This document shows positions 1 to 8,276 of a DNA stretch of 64,000 nucleotides, in pieces. Within the stretch, counting starts at the first letter, position 1. The number at the start of each line of letters is the position of its first letter. Origin of the DNA: a virus; IMG/VR virus record IMGVR_UViG_3300037309_000059, positions 1 to 64,000 of that record. The stretch is one strand, 5' to 3'. A model generated the notes under the pieces. That model was not told the origin of the DNA. It was given only the letters and a program-made list of their open reading frames with translations, and made no database searches. The translations under genes and the position numbers were made by a program.

Positions 1-12
1 CCCACGACTCCA

Positions 13-342
13 CTATGTCGGCCCGTCAGGAATATCACGGGCCAAAGTCCGAAGCAACGCCGAAGCGGATCGACTCATCTTGCCGCTGCGGGAAAGCCAG
101 CGTTCCATCTGGCGCCGGCTGATACCCAGGCGATCGGCCGCCTGCCACTGCGTCCAGCCCATGCGGCGGAGGATGGCGCGGGCCTCATCCGCGCCCATCT
201 GCTGCGCCAGCTCGCGCTCCGCCTCACGGGCGATGGTAGCCCGGCGATCCGCGAGGACTCGCCGGTTGGAACGCCGCAGGGCCGCGTCCTTGAACGCGCC
301 GGGCGGCGGGGTCCGGTCCCTCATGCCCTTCTCTCCCTTCAT
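13..342 (-). CDS. HTH DNA-binding protein
   Basis: ORF 13..444 was trimmed to the ATG at 342, which overlaps the stop of the upstream ORF (ATGA). The C-terminal segment WTQWQAADRLGISRRQMERW looks like a helix-turn-helix. Confidence 0.5.
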   Translation of the reverse strand: MKGEKGMRDRTPPPGAFKDAALRRSNRRVLADRRATIAREAERELAQQMGADEARAILRRMGWTQWQAADRLGISRRQMERWLSRSGKMSRSASALLRTLARDIPDGPT

Positions 343-542
343 CGGTCGCGCTCGTAGCCGTCGAACCACATGCCCAGGCGCCGCGTGCGATCCCGGCCCA
401 CCTTGGTCGTGGCCGTCTTGCTGCTCGTCTGCGGGTCCTTGCAATGGGCCTGCGCTTCCTCAAGCGTCAGGCCGGTGTCGATCACCCGGCGGCGGATGGC
501 CGCCGAGTGGTAGAACCTCACGATGCGATAGCGGTCGGCCAT
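339..542 (-). CDS. hypothetical small protein (67 aa)
   Basis: An internal ATG at 542 (MADRYRIVRFYH...) overlaps the stop of ORF 542..901. The composition after this start is protein-like, whereas the Arg-rich sequence upstream of it looks spurious. Confidence 0.5.
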   Translation of the reverse strand: MADRYRIVRFYHSAAIRRRVIDTGLTLEEAQAHCKDPQTSSKTATTKVGRDRTRRLGMWFDGYERDR

Positions 543-901
543 CACACGATCCCCCAGGTGTTGCGGGCGCCGAAGCTGTTGGAGGGGCCGTTGCCTTCGT
601 TCCAGATCAGTTTGAGCGCGTAGCCGCGCACGTCGCCCATCCGCTCGACGGTGGCGCCGTACTCGACGGCGATCTTCCCGGCGGCCTTGTAATCGCGATC
701 GTCCAGGGCGGCGGCGCGGGCGGCGGCGGCGTCGCTCGCAAAGCCATAGTTGCACTCGCGCTCTGCCCGGCGGCGGAGCCGGACCGCGATCTTCGCGAGG
801 CTCTGAACGTCGGCCGCAATCTGGTAGGCGCCGCGGTCGCCAGCGCGACGGGCCAGGATGATGGCCGTCTGCATACGCTGGTAGTGGAGTTCGTTCGTCA
901 T
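542..901 (-). CDS. hypothetical protein (119 aa)
   Basis: The ORF is in the track with balanced composition, and its stop is coupled to the next start. Confidence 0.55.
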   Translation of the reverse strand: MTNELHYQRMQTAIILARRAGDRGAYQIAADVQSLAKIAVRLRRRAERECNYGFASDAAAARAAALDDRDYKAAGKIAVEYGATVERMGDVRGYALKLIWNEGNGPSNSFGARNTWGIV

Positions 902-1089
902 GGTCGTATCCCCTGTGGGCGGCCGTATGGCCTGGGGTGCTTTTCCGTCATGGCGACGGAAGCGTCAATAGAAAAATTCACCTATTCTGCAGAAATCTGC
1001 GACCAGACTTCCCTACCAAGTCAATAGTGTATCGGGAGACAATGGTTCGAGGGGTGGGGTGCAGATGTTATTTGGACCGATGCAATCTT

Positions 1090-1128
1090 TTAAAAAAAAA
1101 TTCCAGGCCGATACTATGCGCGGCCTGG
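1090..1128 (-). terminator. rho-independent terminator after the 1136..1408 gene
   Basis: An 8-bp GC stem (CCAGGCCG 1103..1110 with CGGCCTGG 1121..1128) is followed on the minus strand by a run of nine T (A9 at 1092..1100 on plus). Confidence 0.6.
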
Positions 1129-1135
1129 CCTTCTG

Positions 1136-1408
1136 TCAGGGATAGTCATTGCCATTATTTTCCTGGCTGGAAAATTTCCGCCGGAAGTCTGGCTTTTTCG
1201 GCACACGGTCCAAGCCATAGGCTGCGAGGGCAAAGCGGATGCAGTTCGAGACCGGGCCGGTGGCTTCGACCGTGCCGGCCTCCAACTGCATGACCCTGGA
1301 CTTGCCGTTCTTCTCCGAAAGCCCGCACAAGGCCGCAAACTCGGCGAGGGTCAGCCCGAGCCGGTAGCGGGCAAGACGGACTTCGTCGCTGGTGAGAAGG
1401 GGATACAC
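1136..1408 (-). CDS. XRE-family HTH regulator
   Basis: The segment RLARYRLGLTLAEFAALCGLSEKNGKSRVMQLEAG is a typical Cro/C1-type HTH. Confidence 0.65.
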   Translation of the reverse strand: MYPLLTSDEVRLARYRLGLTLAEFAALCGLSEKNGKSRVMQLEAGTVEATGPVSNCIRFALAAYGLDRVPKKPDFRRKFSSQENNGNDYP

Positions 1409-1482
1409 GGCACACTCCAGGCCATCGGGCGCACAAAGGTGCCGGGAACGTGGACCCTGGCCGAACCATGGTCAAGCGCCGC

Positions 1483-1929
1483 CTACCGGTCCTCCCAGCG
1501 CAGGGTCGCAGCACCGCCCTCGTAGATCGACTCCAGCTCGTTCAAGGTCCAAACGGCCTTGTCGGTGTCGACCTCGCCGTCGATCTCGCCGATCAGCACC
1601 AGGAGATCGCTGTAGCGCTCGCTCGACATGATCTTCGAGATGCGCTCCGCCCGGTCCGAAGCGACGCCCGCCATGTTGAAGCCCGTGGCCTTTGGGGGCC
1701 GCCCGCGGCGCGGCTCCTGGGCCTGTCGTGCCGCCTTGGTGGCGCTGCGCGCCCTGGCTTCCAGGAACGACCGCCGGTCATACGAGAACTGCACGGCGAC
1801 GTTCCAGGCCCGCTCGGTGATCTCGCCCCGCTCGTAGAGCCGGTCGATCGGCCGCTCGTGTTCGGCACGAGTCGCCCGAAGGCGACCTCGAATGTCGCGC
1901 TGCCGGATGCGCTCGTCATGGAAGTTCAA
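1483..1929 (-). CDS. hypothetical protein (148 aa)
   Basis: ORF in the track with protein-like composition. Confidence 0.5.
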   Translation of the reverse strand: MNFHDERIRQRDIRGRLRATRAEHERPIDRLYERGEITERAWNVAVQFSYDRRSFLEARARSATKAARQAQEPRRGRPPKATGFNMAGVASDRAERISKIMSSERYSDLLVLIGEIDGEVDTDKAVWTLNELESIYEGGAATLRWEDR

Positions 1930-1932
1930 GGG

Positions 1933-2331
1933 TCACCCTTTCAGCAGAACGTTGAACAGCCAGACCTCGGGATGCCAAAGCGCGATCCAGGACAAAGGAT
2001 CAAGCACTTGGAACGAAACCACGCCGAAAATCACCGTCAACACGGAGAAAACCGCCATCCCAATGACGCTCAGCACTTCGGCGGTGTCGTCGCTGCAGTC
2101 CTCCGACCTGAAGAACAACAGTACCCTGCTGAACAACAACAAACTCACCAGCGCCAGCGGGATGCAGACCAGACCCTCGACGATCGAGCGGGCTGCCAGG
2201 GCGCGGGCCGATTCCAGCACCACTGCCGCATCCGGGCCTGACAGTCGTTCGAGCAACCTTCCAGTTGCGTTCTCGAACTTTACGAACAACTCGTAATCCA
2301 ATTGCTTTTCCTTGGCGTTACATGAGCCCAA
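1933..2331 (-). CDS. membrane protein
   Basis: Two or three hydrophobic spans are visible (GLVCIPLALVSLLLFSRVLLFF and VIGMAVFSVLTVIFGVVSF). Confidence 0.5.
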   Translation of the reverse strand: MGSCNAKEKQLDYELFVKFENATGRLLERLSGPDAAVVLESARALAARSIVEGLVCIPLALVSLLLFSRVLLFFRSEDCSDDTAEVLSVIGMAVFSVLTVIFGVVSFQVLDPLSWIALWHPEVWLFNVLLKG

Positions 2332-2358
2332 GAACGGGCGATGACCGGTTTGGGCTAC

Positions 2359-2694
2359 CTACCTACCAGACGGCTCGTCATCGGCTGCTGACGCTTCCAC
2401 CGCACCACGAGAATGGGCATCTTCGTAGGGCATCCACCTCTGCCTTCGCAGACCGCGGGAATCGGAGTCGCTTACGCTCCATTTCGCCGCCTCGCCGACG
2501 GTGGTCTGCATCGCGGTAATGGGGCTGCCGTGCCACCGGGCGCAGATCACCGTGTCGGGGTCGAAGCCGCGATCGAGGAGCGCCCTGGCGCCGTCGTAGA
2601 ACGGCTGGCGGGTGGATTTCACCACCACCTCGCCCTTCACCACGGACGCCAGCCGGCCGGGCGTGCCGGTCTTGTGGATGACGATCTCGATCAC
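2359..2694 (-). CDS. hypothetical protein (111 aa)
   Basis: A GTG at 2694 overlaps the dcd stop (GTGA). The product starts VIEIVIHKTGTPGRL. Confidence 0.5.
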   Translation of the reverse strand: MIEIVIHKTGTPGRLASVVKGEVVVKSTRQPFYDGARALLDRGFDPDTVICARWHGSPITAMQTTVGEAAKWSVSDSDSRGLRRQRWMPYEDAHSRGAVEASAADDEPSGR

Positions 2695-3305
2695 GGGCGT
2701 CGCCTCACCTTGGGCAGCGTGATGCCGCGCTGGTTCTGGTAGGTGCCGCTGCGAATGGCGTAGCCCCGGTTCGGGACCGTGCTGCCGCGCAGGAACACGA
2801 ACTGCGCGATCCCCTCGCCCGGGTAGATTCGGACCGGCAGCGACGCGGTGTTGCTGATCTCCAGGGTCACCTGACCCCGCCAGCCGGGCTCCAGCGGGGT
2901 GACGTTCACGATCAGGCCGCAGCGGGCGTAGGTGCTCTTGCCCACGCAGATCGCCATGACGTCGGGCGGCATGTTGATCCACTCGATCGTGTGGCCCAGC
3001 ACGAAGCCGTGCGGCGGGAGATCGAACGGTTCGTTCCGCTCGAAGCTGACCACGGGCATCCGCTCGCCGGCCTTGGGGTCGATCGTGGACCCCGAGGCGG
3101 TGTTCGGCTCCATGAACGACCCGGCAAGGCGCACGTCGTAGCCGTAGCTGGACAGCCCGTAGGAGATCGCACCAGGGGGCGAGCCGTCGGGGTAGAACGG
3201 CGAGATCATGCCGTAGCGCGCCGCCAGCTCACTGATCTGCGTGTCGCACATGATGCCGGGGATGCCGCCCAGGGGCGGGGTCCTGCCCTCGATCCTCTCG
3301 CTCAC
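2691..3305 (-). CDS. dcd: dCTP deaminase
   Basis: The product carries dCTP deaminase/dUTPase-fold motifs (ISPF, SSYGYDVRL, KSTYARCGL, TPLEPGWRGQVTLEISN). The GTG start at 3305 overlaps the upstream stop. Confidence 0.85.
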   Translation of the reverse strand: MSERIEGRTPPLGGIPGIMCDTQISELAARYGMISPFYPDGSPPGAISYGLSSYGYDVRLAGSFMEPNTASGSTIDPKAGERMPVVSFERNEPFDLPPHGFVLGHTIEWINMPPDVMAICVGKSTYARCGLIVNVTPLEPGWRGQVTLEISNTASLPVRIYPGEGIAQFVFLRGSTVPNRGYAIRSGTYQNQRGITLPKVRRRP

Positions 3306-3658
3306 GCCTCGATCCTCCAAACCATGATTCCCTGTTCCTCCGCCCGAGCGGCCATGTCCGCGGTGCCGCGTCCGCCGGGGAACGCGATCACCAGATTGGG
3401 GTTGTGCTCGTCGAGCATCTGCTGGTTGCGAAGAATGCCCGCCGACCGGCCGTGCCGGAGCCAGTCGGCCGGGCAGCGAATCTCGGGCACGCGGTTCGCC
3501 ACGGCCCATACGCCGGCCAGGGTGTCCGCCCCTCGGGCGGCGCCGTGGATCACCATCGCGATGCCGGGATCGCGGTTGACCCCGTCCAGGGTCCGCCGCA
3601 GCAGGCCGGTGTCGCCGAAGTCACGGCCGCCACAGACCAGAACACGCAGCTTGGTCAT
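3302..3658 (-). CDS. DUF2493/SLOG-family protein
   Basis: The motifs VLVCGGRDF ... VIHGAARGADTLAG ... VIAFPGGRGT follow the pattern of the YspA/DUF2493 SLOG family. Confidence 0.7.
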   Translation of the reverse strand: MTKLRVLVCGGRDFGDTGLLRRTLDGVNRDPGIAMVIHGAARGADTLAGVWAVANRVPEIRCPADWLRHGRSAGILRNQQMLDEHNPNLVIAFPGGRGTADMAARAEEQGIMVWRIEA

Positions 3659-3921
3659 CCCCTGGGCAGCCTTCCCAGGCGGGTCAGCGTGTCGTTCGCC
3701 AGCTTCTCGGCCTGCTCGAACTCAAGCCGGGCGCTGTGCTGGCAACGGTGGGCGTCGACCACGTCGCGAAAGACCCGCATGACGAGTCCGGGCGGCGGAT
3801 GGTCGCCCATCGACTCGACGAACCGCATCGTCATGTCCTCGGCCCTGTCGACCGTCATGCGCCAGACGACCATTTGCTTGGTCCGCTCGCGCTCCAGCAG
3901 CCACCGGAACAGGCCGATCAT
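3655..3921 (-). CDS. hypothetical protein (88 aa)
   Basis: ORF 3655..4419 was trimmed to MIGLFRW at 3921, which is an ATGA overlap with the upstream stop. The longer N-terminal extension is Arg/Gly/Pro-rich and looks spurious. Confidence 0.45.
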   Translation of the reverse strand: MIGLFRWLLERERTKQMVVWRMTVDRAEDMTMRFVESMGDHPPPGLVMRVFRDVVDAHRCQHSARLEFEQAEKLANDTLTRLGRLPRG

Positions 3922-4439
3922 GAGCCGCCTCCCTGCAGGAACACGCCGCGCTCGATCCTGGTGACCCGCACCACGCGGTCGGCACCGGCCGGCATGACCG
4001 GGCCGTAGACGCGGCGCAGGGCGGCCAGGAAATCGCCCTTGTCGACCGTCGGCATCTCGCGATAGCCGGGCGTGTTGCCGCTCGCGGACCTGGACTCCGA
4101 CGATGAACGGCAGAGCGGGCTGGCGTACTTGCGGCCACGGAAGCTGTGGGCGTCCTCGTCTTCGCGCCGGACGACGTAGCAGTCCGGAGCCCCGCAGGCG
4201 CAGGGCTTGTCCTCGTACTCCCTGGCCTGCCGGCGCTTGCGCTCGATCGAGACGCCGTTCTCCCAAAGGATCACCTTCACCCGCTCGCGGCTGATGCCGA
4301 GCTTCGAGGCCGCGACGCGGATGCTGCCCGCCTCCTGGTACGCCTCGATCACCTCGGCCGCCGATGCCTTGGGTCGCATCGGCGGCTTGTTCGATCGCTT
4401 GGGCGCTTGGACGGGCCAATCGCTATTCGGTTGAGACAT
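3918..4439 (-). CDS. HTH-containing protein
   Basis: The start MSQPNSDW at 4439 lies downstream of the ssb stop. The segment EAGSIRVAASKLGISRERVKVIL looks like an HTH. Confidence 0.5.
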   Translation of the reverse strand: MSQPNSDWPVQAPKRSNKPPMRPKASAAEVIEAYQEAGSIRVAASKLGISRERVKVILWENGVSIERKRRQAREYEDKPCACGAPDCYVVRREDEDAHSFRGRKYASPLCRSSSESRSASGNTPGYREMPTVDKGDFLAALRRVYGPVMPAGADRVVRVTRIERGVFLQGGGS

Positions 4440-4455
4440 TGGGGTCTGCTTTCGC

Positions 4456-4956
4456 TCAGAACGGGATTTCGTCATCCAGCTCATCGGCGAGGCTCGGGCC
4501 GCTGTAGCCCCTGCCGCCGCTCGACCGGCTGCTGCCCTTGGTGCTGCCGCTGCGACCGCCGTTGCGGCTGCCGTTGCCCGCGGAGCCGCGATCGTCCTCG
4601 CGGCTGTCGCCGCGGTTGCCGCCGATCAGCACGACCTTCCCGCCGGGGCCGCTCACCACGATCTCGGTCGTGTAGCGATCCTGGCCCGACTGGTCGGTCC
4701 ACTTCCGGGTCTGCAGCCGGCCCTCGACGTAGAGCTGGTCGCCCTTGCGCACGTAGCGCTCGATCACGTCGACCAGACCGTCGCCGTAGATCACCACGTT
4801 GTGCCACTCGGTCCGCTCCTGGCGCTCGCCGCTGCGATCCTTCCAGGCTTCGGTGGTCGCGAGCGAGATGTTCGCCACCTGACCGTTGTTCAGCGAGCGG
4901 ACCTCGGGGTCGCGCCCAAGTCGGCCGAGAATGGTAGCCTTGTTCACGGAACTCAT
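4456..4956 (-). CDS. ssb: single-stranded DNA-binding protein
   Basis: The N-terminal OB-fold reads [16 protein letters not shown] ... WHNVVIYG. It is followed by a Gly/Ser/Arg-rich linker and the canonical acidic tail DDEIPF. Confidence 0.95.
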   Translation of the reverse strand: MSSVNKATILGRLGRDPEVRSLNNGQVANISLATTEAWKDRSGERQERTEWHNVVIYGDGLVDVIERYVRKGDQLYVEGRLQTRKWTDQSGQDRYTTEIVVSGPGGKVVLIGGNRGDSREDDRGSAGNGSRNGGRSGSTKGSSRSSGGRGYSGPSLADELDDEIPF

Positions 4957-6482
4957 GTGAAAGACTCGAACCTTCCGGTGTAGGGATTGAAGGTAAGTTT
5001 GATGATTCCAGGACGTCCAATCATGTCGTGATACCTGGATTTCACAACACTAAGGGAAGTATATCCCGCCCCATCCTCGGTGCGCTCAGGGTGAATCACC
5101 AGACCGACGTCCGGCTTATTGTACCAGTGCGCAGAGTCAGAGACGTCATAAAGGGTAGGCTTAGGAACAGAACCGTCCTTCTGCTTAATCATCTTCGAGG
5201 GATGAGCAACGACCATCATATGGACGTTCCACTTCCTCGCGAATTTCTTGAGCTGCCTGATCGCCCACCCAACATATTCGGTCATGGTGGCGTCCTTGGG
5301 CTTGGCATGATCCAGCTCGTTCCAAGGATCAATTACGCACAACTTGGCATCGTAGCGGACAACCGCTGATGCCAACTTGTCCAGCAGCCATTCCAGGTCG
5401 AAATCCTCATCGTCGCTGCCGACCACGAAGCTGAAATGATCGTTGATCCAGGCGTCCGCGATCTCCAGCTCGCCCGGCGACTGCTTGTCCGCCGGCTTGC
5501 GGTTGATCCAGGTGCGCAGCGCCCGGCGGTGGTCGATCTGCGGATTCTGCTCGGGGCTCGCAAAGCAGGTCGCCCAGCCGTGACGCTCGGCCATGCGGCA
5601 GGCGATATCGTTGACCAGGGTCGACTTGCCGGTGCTGGGGACGCCGGTCAGGACCGAGAGATCGCCCAGGCGCATCCGGAAGTGATCCGCCAGCCCGGCG
5701 ATCCCGATCGCATAGGGCTCGGGCGTCTCGACCGGCGGCAGCTCGGCCATGGTGAACAGCCCAGGCACCGCCACGAAGCGCGCTTCGTTGAGCGCCCGCA
5801 CGACCGCCGCGGGTCCGATCAGCCGCAGGACGTCGTTGAGGTCCTTGCAGCCCGGCGGCCACACGACGTACTGGCACCGGCCGCGCCCCAGGCGCTTCGC
5901 CAGATCGTTCATCAGCGCGACGCCCTGACGGTCGCCGTCGGTCGCGAGGATGATCCGCCGGCAGCTCCCGATGAGCGGCAGCGTGTCCGCGAGGAAGCCG
6001 TACTTGCCGTCGCCCTGGACGGGCGCCTCGGGAGCACCGCCGGGCACGGACAGGGTGCGGACGAACCCGGCCTGGATCGCCGTGATCCCGTCGAACTCGC
6101 CCTCGGTGATGACCAGGGGCTGATCGCCGAGCGACGAGTCCAGCAGAACATCGTGGTTCCACCAGCACTGAGCCCCGCCCTTGTCCTGGGCGAAGTTCGG
6201 CCCGTCGGGCAGCTTCTCGATCCGCCGGTACTTGTGGTTCACGACCGCGCCGTTGCGGACGAACGGGATCGCCACCCAGGAGTCACCACCATCGGGCGCG
6301 CTCGCGGTTTCGAGCCCCAGGCGAACGCATAGCTCGATATCCAGACCACGGGCTTCCAGCAGCTCCATGGTCCGCTCGCTCAGGGCTCCCGCCGGAGAGT
6401 GGTACCGCTGCGCCCCAGCCGCAGTGCCAGCAGTGAGCGAGGATCGCGTCTGGCGCGATGGTGACCGAAAGGCACGGGTCAT
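4953..6482 (-). CDS. Toprim primase / DnaB-RecA-type helicase (T7 gp4/Twinkle-like), lacking its zinc finger in this frame
   Basis: Toprim motifs are present (VITEGEFDG and [10 protein letters not shown]). Walker A reads GVPSTGKST and Walker B reads [10 protein letters not shown]. The true N-terminus is uncertain; see the frameshift finding. Confidence 0.85.
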   Translation of the reverse strand: MTRAFRSPSRQTRSSLTAGTAAGAQRYHSPAGALSERTMELLEARGLDIELCVRLGLETASAPDGGDSWVAIPFVRNGAVVNHKYRRIEKLPDGPNFAQDKGGAQCWWNHDVLLDSSLGDQPLVITEGEFDGITAIQAGFVRTLSVPGGAPEAPVQGDGKYGFLADTLPLIGSCRRIILATDGDRQGVALMNDLAKRLGRGRCQYVVWPPGCKDLNDVLRLIGPAAVVRALNEARFVAVPGLFTMAELPPVETPEPYAIGIAGLADHFRMRLGDLSVLTGVPSTGKSTLVNDIACRMAERHGWATCFASPEQNPQIDHRRALRTWINRKPADKQSPGELEIADAWINDHFSFVVGSDDEDFDLEWLLDKLASAVVRYDAKLCVIDPWNELDHAKPKDATMTEYVGWAIRQLKKFARKWNVHMMVVAHPSKMIKQKDGSVPKPTLYDVSDSAHWYNKPDVGLVIHPERTEDGAGYTSLSVVKSRYHDMIGRPGIIKLTFNPYTGRFESFT

Positions 6483-6588
6483 GGCGCTTGGTCCTACGGT
6501 GCGAGCATTGGGGGCAGGTCGTGCGGTAGTCGCGCTGGCCGTAGCGCGGCGGGTTGATCCCGAGGGTGCGGTAGGGGTCGGGGCTCAT
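6283..6588 (-). CDS. Cys4 zinc-binding domain of the primase, in a separate reading frame
   Basis: The product reads MSPDPYRTL...[36 protein letters not shown]. The ATG at 6588 overlaps the upstream stop. After the zinc finger the frame runs into low-quality sequence, while the +1 frame continues into the Toprim domain. Confidence 0.6.
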   Translation of the reverse strand: MSPDPYRTLGINPPRYGQRDYRTTCPQCSHRRTKRHDPCLSVTIAPDAILAHCWHCGWGAAVPLSGGSPERADHGAAGSPWSGYRAMRSPGARNRERARWW

Positions 6589-7562
6589 GAGATTCCGAAC
6601 CCGTAGCCGCTCTTGATCCGAAGCCCTGGGGTCGACGGGCAGGGCGGCGCCGGTCCCGACTCGTCCGCCCAGCGTTCGGCGTTGAGCCAGCTCGCCGGAT
6701 GGGGGATGAACCGGGCCTCGGTCTGATCCCGCGACCACTGGCGCTTCGAGCGCTCCAGTCCCGCCAGCATCGTGTCGAGGTCGACCTTGCGGATCGCCGT
6801 GCCGAACGCGGACCGCGCTCGACCCTTCGCCGTCTTGCGAGGGTAGGCCAGCCAGAAGCGGTTGAACGCAGCATCGTCGAACACAGGAGCGCGGCGACGC
6901 GCGACGGTCTTGCCGGTCCGGCCGGGATCGTCGTCGGACTCGTCGGCGGGCTCGCTCTCACGCGTGTGCGCGTGCGCGGGCGGGCGCGTTGTGTTTGTTT
7001 TAGATTCTCTGTTCTTAAGATCGAAGTGATTCTGTTCTTCTCTGTTCTGTTCTGTTCTGTTCTTAGGTAACGCGTTACGATCCGGACCCTCGGCGTTACG
7101 GTCGTTACGGTGCGAAAGGCCGTCAGCGTTACGGTCGTTACGGTCAAATCCGATATCGTTACGGTCGTTACGGTGCTGGTTATCGTCACCGTTCGGCTGT
7201 TCGGCGTCATCCGGCGTATCGTTCGTCTTTCGCCGGGCGCGATAGCGCCTCATCCGTTCGGCCGCCGTAGGGTCCGACGGCTGCCGCTTGTCCCATGCCG
7301 TCAGCCGGTCGGCCACAATGACCCCGATGCGTTCCATCTCGACGCGGATTCGGGCGATCTCATCGACGTCGCACATCAGGTGATCCGCGATCACCTCGGC
7401 GCTCCAGGACAGGACGGAGCCGCGATCAGGGTCTTGCGATGCCGACTCCATCAGCGTGTCCCAAACGAACACGACGGTGGCGATGTTGCTGCTGGCTCGA
7501 CGCGCGACGGTGCGCCACTTCGGGTCGAAAGCGCAGCCGTGGTAGTGGCGGAACCAGTCCAT
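6585..7562 (-). CDS. replication initiator / replisome-organiser-like protein (lambda O analogue)
   Basis: The start MDWFRHYHG at 7562 is coupled to the upstream stop. A C-terminal FNRFWLAYPRKTAKGRA motif is common in phage replication proteins. The gene sits immediately upstream of the primase-helicase and contains iterons. Confidence 0.6.
   Translation of the reverse strand: MDWFRHYHGCAFDPKWRTVARRASSNIATVVFVWDTLMESASQDPDRGSVLSWSAEVIADHLMCDVDEIARIRVEMERIGVIVADRLTAWDKRQPSDPTAAERMRRYRARRKTNDTPDDAEQPNGDDNQHRNDRNDIGFDRNDRNADGLSHRNDRNAEGPDRNALPKNRTEQNREEQNHFDLKNRESKTNTTRPPAHAHTRESEPADESDDDPGRTGKTVARRRAPVFDDAAFNRFWLAYPRKTAKGRARSAFGTAIRKVDLDTMLAGLERSKRQWSRDQTEARFIPHPASWLNAERWADESGPAPPCPSTPGLRIKSGYGFGIS
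6989..7174. promoter_or_regulatory. putative phage origin of replication embedded in the replication gene
   Basis: An AT-rich block at 6989..7066 with TGTTC repeats lies directly next to three 18-bp iterons. This is the only strongly AT-rich stretch in the early operon. Confidence 0.55.
7094..7174. repeat. iterons: CGTTACGGTCGTTACGGT x3
   Basis: Exact 18-mers occur at 7094..7111, 7127..7144 and 7157..7174, with 33 and 30 bp spacing. Each is a doublet of the 9-mer CGTTACGGT, and a related CGTTACGA lies at 7073..7080. (TGTTC)x4 lies at 7043..7062. Confidence 0.85.
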
Positions 7563-7909
7563 CACGCACCCCTCAGATCGCGGGCGTAGCCGATGATGAA
7601 CGCTGCCGTGTCGGGCGGAATCAGCCCGTGGCACTTCAACCCGACGATGAGCTGCTTCTGCAGGTCGGCGGTCGGCAGCGCTTCGAGGAGCGCGTCGGCC
7701 TCATCGTCGGTGAGGTACGTGTTGGTCGCGATGGCGAGAATCAGCGCGCTGCACGCACCGATGTACCCATCTTGGGCTTGCACAACAGTGCCAAACCCAT
7801 CAATATCAGCGCCGGTCACATTGGCCTCTGTGGTGTGAGTGATCGCGACTTGGTCGCTCGCATCAACCTCAGCCTGCGTCTCGTGGGCGGTCGAATCCCG
7901 ATCGTTCAT
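7562..7909 (-). CDS. hypothetical protein (115 aa)
   Basis: The ORF was trimmed to MNDRDSTAHE at 7909, which is preceded by GAGGTGA. Its stop overlaps the next start. Confidence 0.45.
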   Translation of the reverse strand: MNDRDSTAHETQAEVDASDQVAITHTTEANVTGADIDGFGTVVQAQDGYIGACSALILAIATNTYLTDDEADALLEALPTADLQKQLIVGLKCHGLIPPDTAAFIIGYARDLRGA

Positions 7910-7982
7910 CGTCACCTCAAAGGCTGGCCGGGGCGGTGAGGGCTGCGGTTGGCGCCCCACCCTCACCGCCTCCGGACGGTTG

Positions 7983-8276
7983 CTAACCCTCGATCCACAC
8001 GCCCAGGCCCACGAAGGCCACGAGCGTCATCACGACCCCCACCATGACCAGATAGGGCCAAGCGGACTCGGTCCCCTTGGTAGGCTCGGGAGCCTCCGAC
8101 GGAGGCCCGGCGATCACCACGCACACCACGCCGACCGCCCCGAGCGCGAGGCCGGCGGTGAACCAGCGACCCATGGAGCGGCCGTTGAGCCGCGCCATGA
8201 TCCCGGCGGCGGTGGCGCACAGGAACCAGAAGGCCCCGAGCGCCACCCAACCGGGCACGATGACCAGCGAGGTCAC
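7983..8276 (-). CDS. small membrane protein
   Basis: Three hydrophobic spans are visible, and the start overlaps the stop of the upstream gene. Confidence 0.5.
   Translation of the reverse strand: MTSLVIVPGWVALGAFWFLCATAAGIMARLNGRSMGRWFTAGLALGAVGVVCVVIAGPPSEAPEPTKGTESAWPYLVMVGVVMTLVAFVGLGVWIEG

Noticed and set aside
80-1027. A 315-aa plus-strand ORF at the left edge.
   Set aside because: It is a Pro/Arg/Ser/Ala-rich shadow lying opposite three coupled minus-strand genes, and it has no domain signatures.
7043-7174. A CRISPR array or simple satellite, suggested by the regularly spaced 18-bp repeats.
   Set aside because: There are only three repeats, with 12 to 15-bp spacers that are too short. 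They lie inside an intact reading frame next to an AT-rich block, and no cas genes are present. Iterons of an origin are a better explanation.
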